This document shows positions 56,715-64,000 of a DNA stretch of 64,000 bases, one piece after another. The translations under genes and the position numbers were made by a program. The notes below the pieces were generated by a model. It was given only the letters and a program-made list of their open reading frames with translations. It had not been told where the DNA came from and did no database searches. The stretch is from Octopus vulgaris (taxonomy: Eukaryota), in contig OX597818.1 in NCBI GenBank assembly GCA_951406725.2, positions 26,784,001 to 26,848,000 on the forward strand, read 5' to 3'. The first letter of the stretch is position 1. Each line of letters begins with the position of its first letter.

Positions 56715-57992
56715 TATCAGGTTGAGTGAAAAGTAAGCAACATTTTGAACTATGAAGAATTTGTACTGGATTTTTGCAGAGTTATGGAATTTTTTTAAAC
56801 ATTTTTTTGCAATTGTCTGATAATACAGACATCGATTGCACAAATGTATCACAAAATTAACATTAATATTTCTTTCACCATTGTTACAATCATCTGAAAT
56901 GGAATTGTCAAAGAACAATATTCTAACAATTTTGATATTCGACTTCAAAAATTGAAATAAGCAGCTGAAACTGCTTGCGATATCAACAAAACATTTGGTG
57001 AGGAAATGACCAGTGAGTGGTCAGCTCGAAAATGGTTTAAATGATTTCATAGATGAGACCTGAGCCTTGAAGATCATGAGTGTAGTGGACGCCCATCTGT
57101 CATCGAATATGGTCAATTAAAGACCATCATTGAGAAAGCTCCATGTAAAACCACCTGAGAACTGGCAAATGAACTTCAAATTAGCCAGAAAACTGCCTGC
57201 AACCATTTGCATGCAATCAGAAAATCAAAAAAGCTTGACAAATGAGTACCACAGGATTTGAATGAAAATCAGAAAATGCACAGATATGAAATTTGCTCTT
57301 CACTTCTCCGTAACCAGACCAATCCATTTCTCAACTGTATTGTAACTTGCGATGAAAAGTGGATTCTGTAAAATAATGAAAAATGTTCTTCGCAGTAGTT
57401 AGACCAAAATGAAGCTCCGAAAACCTTCCCTAAATCGGAGCTCTTCAAAAAGAAGGTTATAGTGACTGTTTGGTGGTGTACTGCTGGATACAGCCACTAT
57501 GACTTCTTAAAACCCAGAAAAACCATTACTGCAGAAACATTACCATAAAATTGCCAAAATGAATGAAAAACTGCTATTCCTCCATTCCAGACTGGTCAAC
57601 AGAAGAGGGCCAATCATTCTTCATGACACTGCTTGAACACATGTTTTGCTAATGGCATTTCAGAAGTTATGGGAACTTCGCTACAAAGTTCTTCCCCACC
57701 CAGCTTATTCCCCAGACCTTTCTTTTACCAACTACCGCCTTTTCAAGCACCTTGATGGTTTCCTGCAAGAGGAGTTCAAAAATCAAACCAATGCAGAAAG
57801 TGCATTCAAAGAGTTCATCAGCTCCAGAACTCCAGATTTTTATGCTACCAGGATAAATAAACTTGTAACTTTTTCGCAAAAATGTGTTGATTGTAATGGT
57901 ACTTACTTTGATGAATAAAATTTCTGCATTGTGGAAATATATTGTGATGGATTTCATGTTTCAAAACGTTGCTTGCTTTTTACTCAGCCATA
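56715..57992 (+). mobile_element. Full-length mariner transposon fossil (~1.28 kb)
   Basis: TIRs GGTTGAGTGAAAAGTAAGCAACATTTTGAA / TTCAAAACGTTGCTTGCTTTTTACTCAGCC with TA flanks. The disrupted transposase at 56898-57918 has TCDEKWI and HPAYSPDLS. Confidence 0.9.
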
Positions 57993-58983
57993 TATATATA
58001 TATATTTATGTGTGTGTGTCTCTGTCCCCCCACCATCACTTGACAACCAATGCTGGTGTGTTTCTGTCCCCGTAACTTAGCGGTTCAGCAAAAGTGAACA
58101 ATAGAATAAGTACTAGACTTACAAAAAATAAGTTCTGGGGGCGATTTCTTCAACTAAAACCCTTTAAGGTAGTGCTCCAGCATGGCCACAGTCAAATGAC
58201 TGAATCAAGTAAAAGAATAAGAATTAAATAATTAAATGTACAGGTACCTATACATACTATAGATGACTCAAGTTTATTAGTACTGTAATGTTCAAGGGAC
58301 TGAAAAATAGGGTCAGTTAGTAAACTAGTCTAGTGTCCATGGGAGTTTAAAGTTCATGCTCATAAATTAGTACAAATTACACTGAGTAACATGATTTTTA
58401 TTCTTGGTACCAACTGTTATTTCCTATTTTCTTACCCCTAGAAAGTATGAAAGATAGCTAATGTTTCTTTCAAACTTTGCTTTTGTTACATTTATTCAAA
58501 CCCCAAAGAATCCCCCTCGACACATGGCTATGATGCTCCTCCACTACTCCTTCACATTATCAGAGATGCACATATTGTCGGCCACTAAGAGACATGCTCG
58601 AGTGGTTTAAATCAAGCAACTGACAAGCAAATCTGTGGTATTGAGCAGAATATTTGCTATAACTATATTTCTGCTTCAGCAACTCAGTGCTGAGTTGGTC
58701 TGAAATGTGATGGTCAGTTTCAAAACCTTGATGTCCAGGTCACAAAAGCAAAGTTTTCAGGGGATAGTAGTCATTTCCTTTGATTTCTAAATACAAGCAA
58801 ATAGGAAATAACACTTACTGACTAAACACACAAAAAAAATTAATATTTTGTTGCACAGTGTTATAACAGGTTCTTGACCATCGGTATCCAGAAGGTCAGT
58901 GCTTTACCTTTATGTACTTGTATTCCTTATTTTACTATTTAAAAACATCATATTACCATATTTTATTGTTATTGTAATTTTAG

Positions 58984-59038
58984 CTCATCATGGCTTAACT
59001 TCACTGAATTAATGGATACAGCTTCAGATTCTGCTGAG
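58984..59038 (+). CDS. ACSM3-like: ACSM3-like exon 6 (55 nt)
   Basis: ttttAG|CTCATCA TGG...GAG|GTAAAA. Encodes SSWLNFTELMDTASDSAE (ACSM WxxFxELxxxAS). Phase 2 to 0. Confidence 0.88.
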
Positions 59039-59968
59039 GTAAAACATTTTCATAACAATCATAAAGTTGGTTTTATTTTCCTTTTGTTTTTGTTGTTTCC
59101 TTGTGTTTGTTTTTTAACATCTTATATTATTTTTAATAAATTTTCATTCAATCTTATAATAATTCTGCTTGTATTACTTTCTCGGTATTACTTTCTCATG
59201 ATTCGAGAAAAAGAGAGAGAAAGAAAAGAGGGAGAGAGAAGTTTCCATGATATGAGGTAGGGGGAATGTAATTGTAACACTTTCACATGATTAGTTAAAG
59301 GGAAAGAGAGGAGAAAGAAAAAGGAATGAGAAAAAAGAGGATAAGGCAAAGAGTGAGACAGAAAGAGGGAGAGGGAAGCGCCCTTGACATGAGGTAGGGG
59401 CAACATGATATTTGTTACATGGTTAAAAAAGTTAGCTGAAGGTAGTGATATAGAGAGAGTTAGAGATATAATTTTAGCAGAGGGGTGATATTCTGATGGT
59501 GAGGTTAAAGAAGGGGAGAGAAAGAGAGGTGGTGGCAGCAGTGATTGCATAATGAAATGTGTATATTTTTTTAATTGAACTTATGCATGTGCATAAGTAC
59601 AATTCTGTGAAATACTCATGCTTATTTATGTGGCAGATATATGCAATTTAATTAAAGGTTGTGTCATATCTATGGAATATTTTCTTTTTGTTTATGGGAA
59701 AAATGGAAAAACAAAAGTGAATATTTATTCTAGTCTATAAACTTATGCATAAAGTATATAAAGTGCATTAAATAATCATTGTATTCCAATTTCTTTCATG
59801 TTTCAATGTGTAGCAGATGAGTGACTATCTTTCCATACAGACACAAGATAGGCTATGCTTTCAGGTTTTTTGGATGAAGTTTTCAGAAATAACCCAATAG
59901 GTTTACCATTGATTTTGTGAAATATTCACAAATCCCGCTAGTATAAATAATTCTAATTCTGTTGGTAG

Positions 59969-60090
59969 GGTGTTAAAACAAGAGCATCTGATCCTATGAT
60001 GTGGTTTTTCACAAGTGGTACTACAAGTCATCCTAAAATGACTGAGCACACTCACGCTAGTTATGGAATTGCTAGTTTGTCTATCACCCG
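59969..60090 (+). CDS. ACSM3-like: ACSM3-like exon 7 (AMP-binding P-loop)
   Basis: ggtAG|GGT...ACCCG|GTAAGC. Encodes GVKTRASDPMMWFFTSGTTSHPKMTEHTHASYGIASLSIT, containing the ANL-family A3 motif TSGTT-x-x-PK. Phase 0 to 2. Confidence 0.96.
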
Positions 60091-60264
60091 GTAAGCTGTT
60101 TATACTTTTCTGATGTAAAAATAGAGAAAAAGAATACCATGTTATGTGAACACTTTAGCTTCTAGTGAGATAGTGAAAAAATCTTCTACGTGGTCATTTC
60201 ATGTGCATAATATAACAGTCAAATCTCCCTCAGCAAACACTAAACTACATATTTTAAGCCTTAA

Positions 60265-60595
60265 CCCTTTAGTTTTCAGGGAATAGTAGTAATTTCCTTT
60301 GATTTCTAAATACAAGCAAATAGGAAATAACACTTACTGACTAAACACACAAAAAAAATTAATATTTTGTTGCACAGTGTTATAACAGGTTCTTGACCAG
60401 GTATCTGGCCAAAATATTCTTCCTGTTTTATGATCAAACTGGCCAGATCTGGCCTCTCACACCAGTCCTAAAATACTCTAAGAACTAACAGTTACCTCAT
60501 CAAAATCTCAAAGCTACAAAATAATGCAAGATTAATTCAAAACAATGTGAATGAATAAGCATTAATTTCGACAGAACAATGTGAATGCTAAAGGG
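60265..60595. mobile_element. piggyBac-like MITE carrying a 129-bp local insertion
   Basis: TTAA|CCCTTTAG...CTAAAGGG|TTAA. 60271-60399 duplicates 58752-58880. Confidence 0.8.
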
Positions 60596-61127
60596 TTAAA
60601 TATTAGTTTCTTTTCTCTTGGTACAAAACCTATATAGTTTTAGAGAAAGGAAAATGAAATATGTTGATGTCCATGGTTTTCCCAAATGTTTTCGAAAGTA
60701 AAGCGAGGATTGAAATTGCATCCCAGTTTTACGTTGCAAGGAGCTTATGTCTTGCTCTAATGCACTTGCCTCATTTCATTCATCATTCAGGACAGCAATA
60801 GAGATATGATCACCATTAGGCTTTTGACTGGCGTACTATGCCAGAAATTTACTAAAGCAGAGGTCACCAGTATTACTCAACAACAGGCATCACTTTACCA
60901 TCAGACAAATACATATAATATTCTACTTGTAGAGTCCTGTCTTGTATTTTTACCTTCTACATTATGGGAATTATCTGATATGATCCTCCTCTTGATTTAT
61001 ATTTATACATTCTATAGAATTAACTAACTTTCCATATAAACTTATGAGAAAATTAATGTTTTAAGCAAAGTTTGTATCTCTTACCCACAATTGAAATTTA
61101 AGTTTTGTCTGTCATTTTCTCTTTTAG

Positions 61128-61290
61128 ATATCTTTTAACTGCTACTCCAACTGATGTAATTTGGAATTTAGCAGATACAGGATGGGCAAAATCTGCTTGG
61201 AGTAGCCTCTTTGCACCTTGGTTGGGTGGTGCATGTGTTTTCATTCATCACACAACTAACCACAAATTTGATTCTAATTCACTTCTACAA
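61128..61290 (+). CDS. ACSM3-like: ACSM3-like exon 8
   Basis: ttttAG|A TAT...CAA|GTATGT. Encodes YLLTATPTDVIWNLADTGWAKSAWSSLFAPWLGGACVFIHH..., with the ACSM3-type DTGWAKSAWSS motif. Phase 2 to 0. Confidence 0.96.
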
Positions 61291-62290
61291 GTATGTTTAT
61301 TTTTGTGGAGTTTTTGTTTGTTTATGGTTTCTTTGTTTTTGCAATTACCTCCTCATTTTTATTTCTGAGCTCATCATGTCTATTTTATTGTTTGATATCA
61401 ATTTTGTCAAGTGTGACAATCATTATAATTTAATATGAGGGAAAATCATTCCGCTGTGGCTTAATTTATAATATTTTTGTGCATTTACCCATATTTCTAA
61501 ATTATATGGTTCCATATTAAGTAACCCTATTGGTACCATTAGCAAGCATCTTCTATAAACTTAAGTTGACTAATACTTTTGTGGGGTATTTGGTAATTAG
61601 AAAGTTTGCAAAAGCACATACACACACGCACACACACACATATAAATGCTTGCATTGGTGCCATGTTAAAAGCACCCAGCACATACTGTAAAGTGGTTGG
61701 CATTAAGAAGGGCATCCAGCCATAGAAACCATGCCAAATCAGACTGAAACCTGATGCTTTACTGACAGCATTCCTCCACAATGGAAGTCTACTCAAACAT
61801 CTGGAATGGTACTCCTACTACACATACACTTTGAGAACTGCATCCAGAAAATGCCCACCTGACTGACTAACATGAAGACATTCACCAACAGACTCTCGCA
61901 TAGATCCACTGTCTCCTCATTTTAGTTCTACCACTACTGTGATGGCCTCTGTTTTTTTTTAACTATTTGATCTTGTGCCATCTCATCACCTATATTGTGT
62001 CCACTGCCATGCCAAACTATGCACGAACCAATGCACTTAATTCTTCCTTCCTAGAACATCAACTTTCTTGAATTTTTGTTTTTTGGTTATAGGAAATACC
62101 TATGTTTTTCTTATAGCCATTAACTGACAGCTGTTCAGATACATTAATATCTGATCTCATTCAGACTACACAATTAGAAAATAATAATAAAGAGCCATAG
62201 GATGAAATTTGATTATTTCCTAAATGCCCATAAAACTGACTTAGTGTGAAGTGAAACCAACTTTCATATCAAGTTTGATTTATTTTTCAG

Positions 62291-62419
62291 ATTCTGGAAA
62301 AATACAATATTTCTGTCTTTTGTGCACCACCTACTGCTCTACGCTTGTTTGTTCAAGAAGATCTAAGTAAATATAAGTTCAAGTCTTTGCGACATTGTGT
62401 TTCTGGTGGTGAACCAGTG
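62291..62419 (+). CDS. ACSM3-like: ACSM3-like exon 9
   Basis: ttttcAG|ATT...GTG|GTAAGA, 129 nt, phase 0 to 0. Encodes ILEKYNISVFCAPPTALRLFVQEDLSKYKFKSLRHCVSGGEPV. Confidence 0.96.
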
Positions 62420-62761
62420 GTAAGAAATTTTCATTGTACTCACAGGAAAACCTTGGTTGTACTTGTAAAAAAACAATACTAATTATTTGTACTGAATTAA
62501 ATTGAAATCATTTAATTTTTGTCAAGTTTCAAATAAATTATAGTAATTATCTTTTGGTAAATATTTTTTCAAATATCTGATAGGTTAATATGAGTTAGAT
62601 AAAATTAAAACAGCTATATTAATTATAATTTTACTGTCAGCAGGAGTTTTATAACAACACTACACAGAAGTATTAATTTTATACTACTCTCATAAAAAAA
62701 AATATATATATATATATTTTTTTTTACCTGGAATATTTTGTTAATATTACTTTAATTTCAG

Positions 62762-62836
62762 AACGAGGAGCTGATTAGCCAATGGAAGAAGGGAACAGGT
62801 CTGGAACTATATGAGGTCTATGGACAAACTGAAACA
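62762..62836 (+). CDS. ACSM3-like: ACSM3-like exon 10 (gene continues beyond the window)
   Basis: tttcAG|AAC...ACA|GTATGA. Encodes NEELISQWKKGTGLELYEVYGQTET, containing the A5 motif YGQTET. Phase 0 to 0. Confidence 0.95.
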
Positions 62837-64000
62837 GTATGAATTTTTTTTTTCTCCTCTTTTTTATTCTCATAATATGACCAGTGAAGTTAGCTTCTCT
62901 TAAGCACCTTATGACATAAGAAAAGGAGTGATATATACTGGTGATATTTCTACTATAGATAGTCACTTAATACTACAACAGTTACCATCAGTTGCAGTTA
63001 TAAAAAATATATAAACTAAACTCAATACCAATGTTCTTATTAGTCACTACTCATATTAAGCAAACACTCATCAACTATGCTTTTCTACTCATGCAATAAA
63101 ACCTCCACTTTTTATAGTCCTTGAAATTTATGGGTAACACAGGTGTTTATAAAAACAAACAGCAAGTGACCTGTTTGAAAAGACAGGACTAACAATGGAC
63201 ATCATTGTGAGAATGTCGTTAAGTTTTGAAAAATTTGTCTATGATTTATTTTACATATGTTTCTTTAGTAGTGTAAGAAACACTGATAACACAATGGCTG
63301 CAGTAGAACAAAAAATCTTTTGTTTCAGCTATTTATGGTCAGTTGTATTGCAAGTAGTTAAGGGATTGTGTCATACTTTACAGCTCTAAGTGAAATTTTA
63401 GAGTCAGTTTTCATTTACACAATGACTATTAATTGAGCATTCATCTATGAAATTTAATGGATATAATCATTGAACTGACACTCTCTGTCAGAAGTAATAT
63501 AATTTTAATCTCCAGACAGTATTATAACAAGCTTTTTTTTCTTTGTTTAGCATGCCATGATTCATTTACTAGCCCCAGCAATCTAATTCTATCTCATGTA
63601 GCTACATGGTTTCAGGATTATAGGAGAAAGAATATGAATTTTCATGACAGTATGACAAATAGCTTCGTATTGACCAGACTATTGGATGTAGTTATATATC
63701 ACTGATCACAATGCATTTCCTTGAATTCTTGGAGCTTTCAAATGATGTCACTCAGCTGGCTAGGTAGGGAGGCCAATTGATGGATTGCCTGTCTATTGCT
63801 GAGTTGCCTATTTACAGCTGAGTGGACTGGAGCAATGTGAAATGAAGTATTTTGCTCAAGAACGATGCACTGCCAGTCTGGGAATCAAAACCTTGATTTT
63901 GTGATCATGAGTGCAACACCTAACCACAGAGCCAAGTACCTTCACATATAACAAATATATGACGTTTTTCTTAAAAGCATAATTGCTCTGAAATGAAACT

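Overview
AT-rich, repeat-dense eukaryotic genomic DNA. The microsatellite, SINE and RTE landscape points to an octopod cephalopod, which is an inference. The main feature is a + strand, multi-exon medium-chain acyl-CoA synthetase (ACSM3-like) gene. Exons 1-10 (23860-62836) splice in frame through GT-AG introns to 428 codons, and the gene runs off the window end. The first ~21 kb is a decayed head-to-tail partial duplicate of the same gene: intact exon 3 and an intact exon-11 equivalent, stubs of exons 4 and 10, no recognisable exons 2 or 5-9, and patchy identity suggesting gene conversion. The introns hold Helitrons, HINE/DINE-like elements, hAT and mariner fossils, MITEs, SINEs, a young 5'-truncated RTE LINE with a PHD-type finger inside its RT, Penelope-like remnants, hammerhead-ribozyme-like motifs at three loci, and a ~5 kb microsatellite block that produces the long spurious ORFs. 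I found no clearly novel multi-gene system. The best leads are the duplicate's possible in-frame splicing, the ribozyme motifs and the PHD-containing RT.
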